64,000 nt of DNA, from positions 3,969-67,968 of the IMG/VR virus record IMGVR_UViG_3300048834_000246, one strand, 5' to 3'. The position numbers were made by a program, and so were the translations under genes. Below, piece by piece: positions 46,653 to 56,928 of this stretch. The notes below the pieces were generated by a model, which worked only from the letters and a program-made list of their open reading frames with translations, made no database searches and was not told where the DNA came from. How positions within the stretch are numbered: the first letter of the stretch is position 1; every line of letters starts with the position of its first letter. The stretch is from a virus.

Positions 46653-49060
46653 GGGTTTTCTCTAAGCGTTTCAAGAAGTGCGCGTCGAATGTTTGTGTCT
46701 CGGAATGCTAGAGCTTTATTCACAGCGGTATCAATACTATCTTTTGCAAGGACATTGATAACACGAACGCGTGACGTTTGACCAGCACGCCTGGCTCGGG
46801 CGATAGCCTGTTGAATGGTACTCGGTAGGTAATCCTGTTCCGCGAACAGTAACAAGCTGCTGTGCTGCAAGTTCACGCCTTCGGTGAGGGATGCTAACGT
46901 AGCAACAATAATTCCATTATCCCTCGTTTTCCACTCTTCAACAAGTCGGTTACGCTCGGTTGTTGCCATACCGCCACGAATTTCGTACACAGGTCGGTCA
47001 TCGTTTTTCTCACGCAAATGACGTGCAATCATCTGGCACGTTCCTCTGAACCACGTAAACACAATTGCAGGTTCTAGTTCGTGGTCATCCAGGTATTCGG
47101 AGATAATAGAAACCTTTGGATTTTCTTTTAACTCTCCTACAATCGCACCGTCTTCAACCACAAACCCCGCTGTAAGCTGCCTAAGCTTTGCTACCAGGGC
47201 ACCTCCGCTACTAATAGCTACAGGATCGTCCAAATCAGGATGCTCAATAAACCACTCCTTCTTAGCAGTATCATGTGCTTTTCTCATGCTCGGCGGCATA
47301 TCGAATACATGATTTGTTTCTAATGGAAGATCAGTCCACGCAGGAATAACCCCCGTGCGGTTGAATTCTTCGTTGATAACTGTTTCATAGTTACGACGCA
47401 ACATATAGTTGTTAAGCATATCTGCAAACGCTACTTCAAGGTCAGGATTAACACCCTTAATAATCGTTGTCCACGGTGTCGTTTCCGTTTCACACCAAGT
47501 GCCAACAAATTTCCAGTACGAAGAAAACTTCACCCGGTCGATGATACGAAGTAACGGCCACAAATCTCCTGGGTTGTTGACGATAGGGGTACCCGTAAGC
47601 ATCCAAAAGTAGTCGGACTTTATCTTCAATATGTTCTTTGTCCACTGACTCTTTCTTCCTCGAAGACGGTGGGATTCATCAGCGATAACCGCTCCCCACG
47701 CATAGGTAAGAAGTTCAGGGTGTTTCTTCATGCCTTCGTTCATAAACATATGATAGTTGACAATAACCCACCCTGTAAACTCTTTCGGAACCGGCGCATC
47801 TTTCCTGGCGACAATCATCCACGGAACATCCGGAGAATAGGCAGAGATAACAGTGCCCCACTGTTCCAAAAGATACGGTGGGGCAATAATGAGTTTTCTT
47901 TTGTTACTGGCTATATCATTCCCCGCGCTTACCGCCGGGAAGGAATTGTGTGTAACGATAAAATCATTGGTAACGTATAGATGATCTTTAGCATCAACAG
48001 AAATACATTGAGCTTTTTTAGTTCCAACAAACTCAATCCCAGAAACTTTTCTCATAGGAAAATACTTTGTTCGAGGTGAGTATTGACATAATTTTTCGTA
48101 AACAAGAAAAGGCTGTATCGTATTAGGAAGTGAAGGAATAACCCGATATGACGGTAATCCCTGCTTGCGCTCACCCTTGTAGGTAAACCACGAATTAGTT
48201 CGCGGGGTTACTCGTGCAACACCCCCAAGACTTTGAATCAAAAAAACAACCCCCTCGGATAGTTTCTTCGATGTTGTTGAATATTCAATTGTAGAATTAC
48301 CTACAACACTACCATCGCTATCCAATAACCCTTGGAGTAACGAGACTCGACTATTTACCGAATTTAGAAGAAGTTCTTCGGGAATAAATTTATCATAGGA
48401 GTGTTTCTCAGACAAACCAATTGAACGAATATACTCTAGCAATATATTTACAGACACGCCTTTTTTTCGTCTAATTGTATAGTCATAAGAGTTATTTTTG
48501 TTTAGTTCCAAAGTGTTTGGCAAACGTTCAACGATCATGTCCCGCACAGTATCGTTGGGTACTGACACCGACACTCTTTTTCGGCCAAAATGACCGTTTC
48601 CTAAAAGGTACCCCATAACCCACGGGTCAATTACAGTTCGCTTTTCCGTAAACTGTACTGGATCAACCAGAGGTACTTGAATGTTTTGAGGAATTAGTGC
48701 AGCAAGATCGGTTGTTTTTACAATACGGCTACATTTTCCGTCTCTACGCATAGTCTTTGTTGTAACAGACCATAGATGGTCCGCGTCACATTCTGTATGC
48801 GTTCCATCATTGAATAACACGCGGAAAACAGGTCTTTCCCCTTGTGGGTAAACACCAGTAACTGTTGTTGGGTAGCCGTTTTTTCCAATTACTACTGTTC
48901 CAACCTTAACATTCTCCATACGAGTATAACCGGTAGGAGTAAGCACAAGAGCGTCTAATCCTTGTGCTTTCCCCATCCCCGGCTCGTCTGCAAGAATGCT
49001 TGAAGGATGTTTCAGAAGAAACTCTCTCGCCTCCTTCTGATAGTCCCACAACGTAATCAT
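46649..49060 (-). CDS. SNF2-like SF2 helicase (intein-containing)
   Basis: YQ, ADEPGMGK|S, DESH, LTGTP, EGVNLQ, QAIARARRAGQ. Confidence 0.9.
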   Translation of the reverse strand: MITLWDYQKEAREFLLKHPSSILADEPGMGKAQGLDALVLTPTGYTRMENVKVGTVVIGKNGYPTTVTGVYPQGERPVFRVLFNDGTHTECDADHLWSVTTKTMRRDGKCSRIVKTTDLAALIPQNIQVPLVDPVQFTEKRTVIDPWVMGYLLGNGHFGRKRVSVSVPNDTVRDMIVERLPNTLELNKNNSYDYTIRRKKGVSVNILLEYIRSIGLSEKHSYDKFIPEELLLNSVNSRVSLLQGLLDSDGSVVGNSTIEYSTTSKKLSEGVVFLIQSLGGVARVTPRTNSWFTYKGERKQGLPSYRVIPSLPNTIQPFLVYEKLCQYSPRTKYFPMRKVSGIEFVGTKKAQCISVDAKDHLYVTNDFIVTHNSFPAVSAGNDIASNKRKLIIAPPYLLEQWGTVISAYSPDVPWMIVARKDAPVPKEFTGWVIVNYHMFMNEGMKKHPELLTYAWGAVIADESHRLRGRKSQWTKNILKIKSDYFWMLTGTPIVNNPGDLWPLLRIIDRVKFSSYWKFVGTWCETETTPWTTIIKGVNPDLEVAFADMLNNYMLRRNYETVINEEFNRTGVIPAWTDLPLETNHVFDMPPSMRKAHDTAKKEWFIEHPDLDDPVAISSGGALVAKLRQLTAGFVVEDGAIVGELKENPKVSIISEYLDDHELEPAIVFTWFRGTCQMIARHLREKNDDRPVYEIRGGMATTERNRLVEEWKTRDNGIIVATLASLTEGVNLQHSSLLLFAEQDYLPSTIQQAIARARRAGQTSRVRVINVLAKDSIDTAVNKALAFRDTNIRRALLETLRENP
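47945..48967 (-). mobile_element. class 3 intein with a LAGLIDADG endonuclease (341 aa)
   Basis: Starts AQGLD, ends VTHN|S; DHLW, AQCISV and VTHN give the WCT triplet; GYLLGNG and GLLDSDG motifs. Confidence 0.9.
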
Positions 49061-49061
49061 G

Positions 49062-49364
49062 TTAATCCTTTCGAAAACGAAGAAACAACAGGAATCTATT
49101 CCAGGTACGACGATACCACCAATACGGTTCGTGGTCGAATTGCACACCTTGAATCAACGACTCTACAATTGAGTCATAAGGAATATGCCTCCCGCTTTTC
49201 TCGTAAATTTTCGCTGCGTATTCCGTTAACGCAATGGCATTTGCAACCTTTCGCACATCCATTGTGCCGTGTTCAATTGCCAAATGCAACATATCTAGGT
49301 CGCTATATTTTTGCTGGTATGGATTTGACTCGTCATTGAGCCAACGCTCAATGACATTTACCAT
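49062..49364 (-). CDS. hypothetical protein (100 aa)
   Basis: Operon packing. Confidence 0.65.
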   Translation of the reverse strand: MVNVIERWLNDESNPYQQKYSDLDMLHLAIEHGTMDVRKVANAIALTEYAAKIYEKSGRHIPYDSIVESLIQGVQFDHEPYWWYRRTWNRFLLFLRFRKD

Positions 49365-49555
49365 GAAAAGTTCATTCCTGCGTTGAATCCGTACCCAACC
49401 GCGAAGCTAAAGATAACAACGAAAACGAGAATAAACGAGAGATACAGTGCAAAAGTAAGAAAGATACTTAGAAAGAAAATAACTCTTTCCAAAAGTCGAA
49501 AGACCCCTAAAACAATTGCCCATAGCGCCCCTGCGATAGCTAATAGAAAATTCAT
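49358..49555 (-). CDS. small membrane protein
   Basis: Two hydrophobic helices. Confidence 0.65.
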   Translation of the reverse strand: MNFLLAIAGALWAIVLGVFRLLERVIFFLSIFLTFALYLSFILVFVVIFSFAVGYGFNAGMNFSW

Positions 49556-49950
49556 TAGTTTGTTTCGCTTTCCGGCGCTGCTGCAAGAAGTTCTTGACCT
49601 AACGCCAACAGTTTACTTACATTATCAACAATTCCGATTCGGTAATCCTCGGGAAGATTTGAAATTACATCGTCTAGGTCCGCAAGCATAGGCTCAAATA
49701 ACAAGGATCGAACATCGTCTGGTGTATATCCTGCTGCAATAAGAAGCATGTTTCGTTCTCGATCTTCTAAATTTAGTGCGCTAGAAAGACTATACACCAC
49801 AGCCCGACTAGGACTCCCACGTTTGTTTAGCTCTAAAAGCGACACATACGAATCATGCAATCCCGCATCTTCCGCTACGCGCTTTTGCGAGAGTTGTTTA
49901 TCTGTTCGAAACGCGTGAAGAATATTTCCAAAGTTAAGATTCAAATTCAC
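49555..49950 (-). CDS. XRE-family HTH regulator
   Basis: FG..L...R....LSQ..VA..AGL..SYVS.LE...R..PS; AGGAG RBS before GTG 49950. Confidence 0.85.
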   Translation of the reverse strand: MNLNLNFGNILHAFRTDKQLSQKRVAEDAGLHDSYVSLLELNKRGSPSRAVVYSLSSALNLEDRERNMLLIAAGYTPDDVRSLLFEPMLADLDDVISNLPEDYRIGIVDNVSKLLALGQELLAAAPESETN

Positions 49951-50176
49951 TTCTCCTAAGCAGTTTTCTCTGCTTCCTATCTCGCCCGGTGTGGTACTTT
50001 TTACAATAAGAACATCGGTATACATTGTACTTCTGATTGTAAGTTGCTTGAAGCCTTTTCGCTTCTCGTCGCGCTACTTGCTTACTATCGTAATCAACTT
50101 TTGAATAGCATTGTTTATACGCTTTTTGGAATGACCAAGCAGAGAAATAAAGTGTGCTATCCTTAAGCAACGCCAT
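49934..50176 (-). CDS. small basic Zn-binding protein
   Basis: C..K..Y...VYRCSYC..YH. Confidence 0.65.
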   Translation of the reverse strand: MALLKDSTLYFSAWSFQKAYKQCYSKVDYDSKQVARREAKRLQATYNQKYNVYRCSYCKKYHTGRDRKQRKLLRRSEFES

Positions 50177-50403
50177 TAGAATCCTCTCCTACGAACTCCA
50201 TTGATTCGATCTTCTTCTCGTAGCCACATTTCTTCTGGTCGCCACCCGAGAACAAACATCCTGCACAGGCGTCTGTACCCGAGTGTTTCGTAATAACGTT
50301 TGAATACGGCTCTCACATCGTCAGCGGTTTGGCACGCGTTCAAATCTTGCTGTGCCGCTCGTAATGAACCAAATGTAAGCGGTTCTTTTTCTTGTCTCGG
50401 CAT
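50176..50403 (-). CDS. hypothetical protein (75 aa)
   Basis: First gene after the promoter at 50440-50468. Confidence 0.65.
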   Translation of the reverse strand: MPRQEKEPLTFGSLRAAQQDLNACQTADDVRAVFKRYYETLGYRRLCRMFVLGWRPEEMWLREEDRINGVRRRGF

Positions 50404-50439
50404 ACTAACCCTTTCAATTAGTACAATTATTTAAGTGCT

Positions 50440-50468
50440 AGTATACCTTTTCTATTAGAAAATGTCAA
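50440..50468 (-). promoter_or_regulatory. sigma70 promoter
   Basis: TTGACA-17-TATACT. Confidence 0.8.
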
Positions 50469-50471
50469 CAC

Positions 50472-50900
50472 TTACGGATCGTATACACATGTACCGTCTG
50501 ACCGATACTGATTAACGTCGAACTCTAGGAGATACATTAGCCCTAGTGCATCGAACAATTCTCGGTCAGACTCATTTAGAAAATCTTGAAGAGCAATTAT
50601 TTGCACGCTATACCCATGATCCCGTAACCCAATCAACGTGTCTGCAATAAACCGGTATCGGCGGCGGTCTGACAACCCTGGGCCATACTTGTCGAATGCC
50701 TTCGGAATAGAGAGGCAGGAAATACGGTTCTCCGTACACTGTTCACGAATCCTTTCCGATAAACCATCTTCCGGATGAAAAATGACCAACGTATCTGTAT
50801 AGACGCGTTTGATAAGGTTCGTTTCAATAATATCCTCCCACTCTGTCGTCTGTCGTTCATTTGCTGAAACCACGTAGAAGACTTTACGCACGCTACACAC
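50472..50900 (-). CDS. hypothetical protein (142 aa)
   Basis: AGGAGG RBS at the integrase end. Confidence 0.65.
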   Translation of the reverse strand: MCSVRKVFYVVSANERQTTEWEDIIETNLIKRVYTDTLVIFHPEDGLSERIREQCTENRISCLSIPKAFDKYGPGLSDRRRYRFIADTLIGLRDHGYSVQIIALQDFLNESDRELFDALGLMYLLEFDVNQYRSDGTCVYDP

Positions 50901-51795
50901 CTCCTAGTGCCGTGTCCATGAAGTTCGCGGCGTCCACTTTCAGCGAGTCCACCACGCCACCGTAGCGCGAAGTCATGCGAATTGACGTGTGCCCGAACAA
51001 ATCCATCAGCGTCCGCTCTCCAACACCTTGTGCCCGAAGAATCGTACCGAACGCGTGTCGTAGTTGGTGGAGTCCCATTCCAGGAAGTCCCGCGCTGTCA
51101 AGAACATCTTGAAACGCATTATACACCCGGTGTGGATCAATTGGAAGACCCTTAGCCCCCGGAAAAATGTACCCTTCCGTCTTTTCTTGCCCCCACATAC
51201 CGGTGAGTAGGTCATACGTCGTCTTCGTCGTCGGTAGTAGCCGGATACTCGCAGCCGTCTTTGGCTCTTGTACAACGAGTCCCACACCATCGACTCGAAC
51301 CACTTGTCGTACCACACGTAGCGTTTTCTGCTCAAAATCAACATCCTCCCAACGAAGCGCACAGGCTTCTCCACGCCGGAGTCCTTGTGCCAACATGATG
51401 CGGATAACCGCTTCAAACTTGTTTCCTTTGAGCGATGCTAGGATTGCCTGTACATCGCTCATTGGAATTGCATCTACCGACTTACTAGGAACATGTACCT
51501 TTGCGGTCGCCTTCGTTACATTACGATCAATATATCCCCACGCAACCGCATCCTCAAACGCCTTACGGAGAATGGTCTGCATGAGTCGAATCGTGCTTGC
51601 CGCGATCCCCTTGTTTTGCATATACACGACAACCTGTGCCACATCCACCGGTGTAACGGAACTCATTTGCTTATCTCCAATCACCGGGGTAATATAATTA
51701 CGAATGTGGCACAGGTAATTTTGTGCGGTTCGAGTACGAACCGAAGTCTTATGAACCTCGATCCATTCAGCCATAAACTCGTGTACCTGCTTCAC
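50893..51795 (-). CDS. int: tyrosine integrase/recombinase
   Basis: GLRRGEA..L.W.DVDF, PKT, HQLRH, GH, catalytic Y; RBS before GTG 51795. Confidence 0.9.
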   Translation of the reverse strand: MKQVHEFMAEWIEVHKTSVRTRTAQNYLCHIRNYITPVIGDKQMSSVTPVDVAQVVVYMQNKGIAASTIRLMQTILRKAFEDAVAWGYIDRNVTKATAKVHVPSKSVDAIPMSDVQAILASLKGNKFEAVIRIMLAQGLRRGEACALRWEDVDFEQKTLRVVRQVVRVDGVGLVVQEPKTAASIRLLPTTKTTYDLLTGMWGQEKTEGYIFPGAKGLPIDPHRVYNAFQDVLDSAGLPGMGLHQLRHAFGTILRAQGVGERTLMDLFGHTSIRMTSRYGGVVDSLKVDAANFMDTALGGV

Positions 51796-51821
51796 TTGAA
51801 CCTCTCCTTTACTATGTGTCA

Positions 51822-51850
51822 AGTATACACGCTTAGCTGAACGGCGTCAA
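51822..51850 (-). promoter_or_regulatory. sigma70 promoter for the integrase
   Basis: TTGACG-17-TATACT. Confidence 0.75.
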
Positions 51851-51852
51851 GG

Positions 51853-53055
51853 TTATTCGGCGGCTTTCGTGTCGCCTTTAATCGTGATGATCGGTCGTAG
51901 CGTGTGCAGAATCGTCACGAGGTCTGCTTGATTCTCCATCACACGGTCAATGTCCTTGTACGCGCCAGGAGCCTCGTCTAGCGTTTCCCTAGACGCCCGT
52001 GAATAGGTGCCCTCCAATGACAACATAAATTCATCCATACCAATTGATCGCTTTGCAACGTTCCGTCCCATCGTTCTTCCCGCACCATGTGAGCTAGAAT
52101 TGTACGCATCAGCAACCCGTTTACTAGTTACCACATAGCTTTTCGTACCCATTGAGCCGGGAATAAACCCAACTGGAACCGGCGTCATCGCGCCTTTTCG
52201 GTGAACCCAAGAGAGTCCATTCGCCGTTTCTTCTTGAACAGCATAGTTGTGGGGTACATCGCGGATAAGATCGGTGTACTCAGCTCTTTCTAATCCTTTA
52301 TACTGAAGCGTGATCGTAAGTGCTTTCACCATATTTTGCATCATGCGGTACCTGTTCTCACTCGCATATGAAATTGCCCATTGCATATCCCGAGCATACG
52401 CTGACCCATATCCGACCTTTGACGTATCAAGATACGCTAAGTCTTTCGGATAGGACACACCTTTTCCGTCGCTGTAATCTTTCGCGGCCTCAGCATAGAA
52501 CGATGCAATCGTGTGACCGATGTTCCGTGATCCTGAGTGAACCGCCAACCAAATTGTATCCGTTTCAACATCCCGAAGTGCTTCGATGAAGTGGTTTCCC
52601 CCACCGAGCGTTCCGAGTTGGTGCCAGGCGCGGTCGTCTGCTCGTTTTTGAAGGTCCGGAGCGTTCAACCCCCAAACCTTAAACATATCCGGAATTGGCT
52701 GATCGTTCGCGTGGTGTGAAAATCCTACCGGAATAAGTTCCCGAACATGAGACTCCCACAGTTTCCAGAAATCTTCATTCAGCCAACCCGTGAGACGATA
52801 AGGCGTTTTTACATACGAAATTCCGCATCCAATATCAACGCCCACCGCGTTCGGAATGATAATGTTTTGTTTCGTTGGTAGAATCGTTCCAATAGGGACA
52901 CCTACGCCCAGGTGTGTATCCGGCATCACGGCAACGTGTCCGTTCAGATGCGGGTGGGTAGCGACATACTTAATCTGGTCAATCGTACCCGACTCGATTT
53001 CAGTCCAGTCAATCCACGTTTTAATTTTTCCGTCGCTGCTCGTATACATCGTCAC
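51853..53055 (-). CDS. rtcB: RtcB RNA ligase
   Basis: MPDTHLG, GVDIGCG, GTLGGGNHF, HSGSR, HN, HRKGA, PGSMG, SHGAGR, DEAPGAYK. Confidence 0.95.
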   Translation of the reverse strand: MTMYTSSDGKIKTWIDWTEIESGTIDQIKYVATHPHLNGHVAVMPDTHLGVGVPIGTILPTKQNIIIPNAVGVDIGCGISYVKTPYRLTGWLNEDFWKLWESHVRELIPVGFSHHANDQPIPDMFKVWGLNAPDLQKRADDRAWHQLGTLGGGNHFIEALRDVETDTIWLAVHSGSRNIGHTIASFYAEAAKDYSDGKGVSYPKDLAYLDTSKVGYGSAYARDMQWAISYASENRYRMMQNMVKALTITLQYKGLERAEYTDLIRDVPHNYAVQEETANGLSWVHRKGAMTPVPVGFIPGSMGTKSYVVTSKRVADAYNSSSHGAGRTMGRNVAKRSIGMDEFMLSLEGTYSRASRETLDEAPGAYKDIDRVMENQADLVTILHTLRPIITIKGDTKAAE

Positions 53056-53073
53056 GCTCCTTTACTGTAGTTA

Positions 53074-53349
53074 TTAAGAAACGACAAATTCTGCCATTAG
53101 TCGTTTTGTATTGGCAAACTCATGCGTCCACACTGGTCGCCCCATTAACTGTTCCATCCTCTTATGCATTACGTTGAACGGAACTTCGCACGTTTTTCCG
53201 GGTCCAGTGAAGAACCATTCAAGCTCGATCTTGCGTTCGTCTTTAGTCATTGTACCAGGATCAGAGCGGTTTTCCATTTCCTTTGTACAATCTTCACACC
53301 AACTCGGTGAAGCTGCACCGCACCATGAACAAACTCGTACCGTATCCAT
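53074..53349 (-). CDS. hypothetical protein with an N-terminal Zn finger
   Basis: CSWC..CEDC; MGRPVWTHEF motif. Confidence 0.7.
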   Translation of the reverse strand: MDTVRVCSWCGAASPSWCEDCTKEMENRSDPGTMTKDERKIELEWFFTGPGKTCEVPFNVMHKRMEQLMGRPVWTHEFANTKRLMAEFVVS

Positions 53350-53360
53350 GTTAGTCTCCT

Positions 53361-53603
53361 TTACTTGTGTCCGTACCCAGGACGCCCAAAGTACATGACT
53401 TTTCTTGAAATAATCTCGCTTCGAACCACCTCAATATCTTTGTCTAAATTGTACTCCAAGTCGGGGTGGATAGCAAGGATTGTTGGCTCCACCCCATACT
53501 TCTCTTGAAACCGGTACACCCCATATGCAAACGCCTCTTCTAAAGGTTTCTTAATCCGAGGCTGCATTTCAATTGCGAGGTACGTGAGGTCTGGAAGCGA
53601 CAT
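53361..53603 (-). CDS. hypothetical protein
   Basis: ATG overlaps the peptidase stop. Confidence 0.65.
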   Translation of the reverse strand: MSLPDLTYLAIEMQPRIKKPLEEAFAYGVYRFQEKYGVEPTILAIHPDLEYNLDKDIEVVRSEIISRKVMYFGRPGYGHK

Positions 53604-54880
53604 TAGGCAACGACCTTCCCGGTAATAATCGCCTTCGGGGGCCAATCATCCCCGAAGGTATCGTTCCGTCCAAATGTATCCTCGGTCGGAATGTAGTCCT
53701 GGCACACCATACAGAAGAAGTTCTCTTCGGTGGAGTCCCAATTCATGCAATCGTAGCCCTTGCACATCGGGCAAATGCCCACCGATCTATTCCATGCAAG
53801 TGATCGGTCTGTTTCATCATCATCAAACCCGTTCATATAACTGTCACCTTCTGATTCGGGCAGATACTTCTCAATAACCTCGGCTTTCATTTTAGCCGCC
53901 CGTTCCAGAAGTGTATCACGATCTGCGGCAACCACGTCGGCTACCGTCGCGGTTACTTTTGGTTTGGGGAAGGATGCCGGTTTAGATAGTGCCCGTTCCC
54001 ACGCTGCATCTTCTTTCCAGTACGAATCGTAAGAACCTTGTCGTGCGTCAAACATTCCCGTTTTCGGGTTCCACGTTTTGTACGAATAAGACCGCCGCGT
54101 GCTGCGAACCTTATCGACTTTGTGCTTCCACTTACGGAAACTCAGATTCTTACAAATCATGCGGAACAGATTCAGCGTATTTGCTACGTCGCTGATGCTC
54201 ACCATTTCGCTGTTCGTGTGCGGGTTGTAATACCCGGCTGAAACATTGGCACAGCTTACCGCAAGTCCCTTCGATTTCAACTCATACACATCCGTTAGGC
54301 TTCCGGCGTCGTACGGGGTAAACCCAAATTCACGAAGGAACGGTGCGATAGCTTCACCGAACGCGTCACTGTACAATTCGGTTCCACACGCGGTTCGAAC
54401 AAAGTCAGACGAACCTTTTCGATCTGCTTGCAAAACGAAAGACGAGTCCTTGAAGAAGCTCATATCGGCAGCGCCAGAGCCAACGCACCCAATTTCTTCA
54501 TCTACGAAGAAGGCAACCTTCACACTTTTCAACTCCGTAAGCAGTTGGAGAGCGATGAAAATTCCTACTTTGTCGTCTCCGCCAATACCTCTCGGTTGAA
54601 TGTTGACAGGATCAATTGCCAAGAGAATGTCATCTGCCTGAACAACCTTGAAGAAGCTATCCGGAACAATCCTGTGTACCGTATCCATGTGAGCTACGAT
54701 AGTCGGGAATACGTCGGCGGACCCTTTCTTGACATATAGGTTTCCGTCTCGGTCAACTTCCGCAACGAGTCCCATACTAAATACATAGTCCACGATGAAC
54801 TCACTAATCTTATCCATCTTCCCCGTATCGGACTGAATGGAAAGAATCTGCTTTAGCAATTTTGTGTTGATTGTGCTCAT
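53603..54880 (-). CDS. M28/M20-like Zn peptidase with a C-terminal Zn ribbon
   Basis: AHMDTVH, GGDDKVG, EEIGC.G, DRKG, TD, GYY.PH; CPMC...CMVC. Confidence 0.85.
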   Translation of the reverse strand: MSTINTKLLKQILSIQSDTGKMDKISEFIVDYVFSMGLVAEVDRDGNLYVKKGSADVFPTIVAHMDTVHRIVPDSFFKVVQADDILLAIDPVNIQPRGIGGDDKVGIFIALQLLTELKSVKVAFFVDEEIGCVGSGAADMSFFKDSSFVLQADRKGSSDFVRTACGTELYSDAFGEAIAPFLREFGFTPYDAGSLTDVYELKSKGLAVSCANVSAGYYNPHTNSEMVSISDVANTLNLFRMICKNLSFRKWKHKVDKVRSTRRSYSYKTWNPKTGMFDARQGSYDSYWKEDAAWERALSKPASFPKPKVTATVADVVAADRDTLLERAAKMKAEVIEKYLPESEGDSYMNGFDDDETDRSLAWNRSVGICPMCKGYDCMNWDSTEENFFCMVCQDYIPTEDTFGRNDTFGDDWPPKAIITGKVVA

Positions 54881-54907
54881 TCGCACCTCTCTTTCTCTGT
54901 TACTAAC

Positions 54908-54936
54908 AGTATACGCTAATACGTACTTTTTGTCAA
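54908..54936 (-). promoter_or_regulatory. sigma70 promoter
   Basis: TTGACA-17-TATACT. Confidence 0.8.
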
Positions 54937-54939
54937 GGT

Positions 54940-56457
54940 CTAGTGAAGCTGCCCGTACGTTTCAAGCGCTAACCTACAACTCTGACATAGTGATACGAGA
55001 CGCTCTTGGTAGTAAAATTCGTCGCTGTCAATACGGACAATATGGTTCGTTAAGGTTCTACCTGTATTAAGGCACAGGGAACACACCACACAGTCGTGAC
55101 AAAGGTCCATTAGCGGTCCTTCCTCGATGGTAAGTGACGGAAACAACGATGTTCGAATTGTTCGCTCTGAACGGATATTACGACTAAGCGGCTCATATGT
55201 ACCACAACTCTGACAGACGTTGTTCCGTATGCACGTATCACAAAGATAATGACCGTTTAAATCCTCTATAAGTGTCGAAGACACCGGATTTCCACAGTGG
55301 CACGACACTAACCCCGCAACGCTTTGTACGAAACAAGAGCGGCATTGTTTGGTAACACCGTCCCACGTTCGTACATTTCGTGAATCAACGCACTGACACG
55401 TTGAACATACGTGACGGTTTTGGCACGTAGGGCATAGTCCACCTACAATATCGCTTGGTTCGTAGTCCTGATAACACCACGTACAACGACGTGCTTGCAC
55501 ACACGAATAACAATAGTCTCCGTCTCCGTCCCTCACGATACCGCAATCCGCACATCGGCTAAGGCCTGGGTAGCCCTCAGTATTTTGCAGCGTGAACGTA
55601 AGCTCAGAGTCTCGTTGCCGCGAGTAGTTGGTGAGAACCCCCTGTGCCGTGTCTCCCTTTTTTTTCAGGGAAATATATTGAAACGTATCCATGTAAGGGA
55701 ACGCTTCAAACAAAGCATTGTCAATCGTCACACAGAAGGACTTCGTTTCTCTATAACCTTCTGGTGAGTACCATTTACGAGGGCTGTCATACGTTTGGTA
55801 CTGCTTGTGCCAAAACCCCCGCTCTTTCGCCCACGCCTTTACCGCCTCAACTGTGCTTCTTCGTCCATAGATGCGATCAACCAGGGTTTCCCCACTATCG
55901 GCTGTCCACACCAACGCACGCCCAATAATCTTACCGGTATTTGGCTTACTCACAATAAGCATTCGAATTTTATCGGGATTCTTCACGTACACATCAAAAT
56001 ACGGAGCGCACTTGTCGTAGCGCATACAGGAACTACGGAGCGATCCAGTATCTCCACCGCTGTAGTTTGCTCCATTATACCAATAACGAATGTCTTCCCC
56101 GGATACAAGCTCAAAAAAACAGGCTTTCCGTTCAACTACCGAGTCAAGCAGGTAAAGAAACCGCTCAATATCTGCATCCATTAGATAAACAAGAAACAGG
56201 GAACGAATAAGCCGCCCAGGTCGCATTGACTGTCGGCTAGAAGACGTGAAGTTAGCCTCGTCGTTATCAAAAACCTCTTTTGACACCGGAAGATATGAGA
56301 TTTCCCCTATAGAGGATTCCCAATCAAGATAATTTACGCGGTCGGACGTAACAAGGCTTGACGTAGGTGACAACAACGTGCGTGCAATCTGACACCCCCC
56401 ATCAAGTTTATTAACCTCTGTAAGAAGTTCCCGCAACCGATCCGTCATTTTCAACAC
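54940..56457 (-). CDS. SCM/DRIYG/PYMD-motif phage protein with a Cys-rich tail
   Basis: GSLRSSCMRY, GRALVW, DRIYG, FPYMDTF; many CxxC pairs. Confidence 0.8.
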   Translation of the reverse strand: MLKMTDRLRELLTEVNKLDGGCQIARTLLSPTSSLVTSDRVNYLDWESSIGEISYLPVSKEVFDNDEANFTSSSRQSMRPGRLIRSLFLVYLMDADIERFLYLLDSVVERKACFFELVSGEDIRYWYNGANYSGGDTGSLRSSCMRYDKCAPYFDVYVKNPDKIRMLIVSKPNTGKIIGRALVWTADSGETLVDRIYGRRSTVEAVKAWAKERGFWHKQYQTYDSPRKWYSPEGYRETKSFCVTIDNALFEAFPYMDTFQYISLKKKGDTAQGVLTNYSRQRDSELTFTLQNTEGYPGLSRCADCGIVRDGDGDYCYSCVQARRCTWCYQDYEPSDIVGGLCPTCQNRHVCSTCQCVDSRNVRTWDGVTKQCRSCFVQSVAGLVSCHCGNPVSSTLIEDLNGHYLCDTCIRNNVCQSCGTYEPLSRNIRSERTIRTSLFPSLTIEEGPLMDLCHDCVVCSLCLNTGRTLTNHIVRIDSDEFYYQERLVSLCQSCRLALETYGQLH

Positions 56458-56508
56458 TGTGTTATTTCTCCTTTACACGTACCGCGCAACAAAAGCCCTT
56501 GCTTTTGT

Positions 56509-56838
56509 TTATCCCTGCTGTGGTTTATACAGGACAAACACCATATCTGCAACGGTTGTCCGGAATTCAGCAAGATCAATTTCATGGTAGCCGTTTTGTG
56601 CCAGCGTACTTTTTACCGCATTGACCACCTTGTTCGTTGTCACCGTTGACTTTGCGGTATTCAACAACAGACCGTTCACGTCATCAAGCAACACCGGATA
56701 ATGATTGCCATATGAATACAGTCCAGGGCCATACTTACCGTTCAAGTCAATATATAGCGAGTCTCGCTTGACGGACGCTTTCGACGCTCCATCAAGAAAC
56801 TCCTGTGCGATTTTCATTGGTGTTGCATATGAACTCAT
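56509..56838 (-). CDS. hypothetical protein (109 aa)
   Basis: Own promoter and AAGGAGAGG RBS. Confidence 0.75.
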   Translation of the reverse strand: MSSYATPMKIAQEFLDGASKASVKRDSLYIDLNGKYGPGLYSYGNHYPVLLDDVNGLLLNTAKSTVTTNKVVNAVKSTLAQNGYHEIDLAEFRTTVADMVFVLYKPQQG

Positions 56839-56865
56839 GTGGTCCTCTCCTTCTCTGTTACCACA

Positions 56866-56894
56866 AGTATACGCGATGGCTTACTGTGTGTCAA
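56866..56894 (-). promoter_or_regulatory. sigma70 promoter
   Basis: TTGACA-17-TATACT. Confidence 0.8.
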
Positions 56895-56928
56895 GTCCCT
56901 TCAAAAACCCGTGATGTTTCATTCTCCA

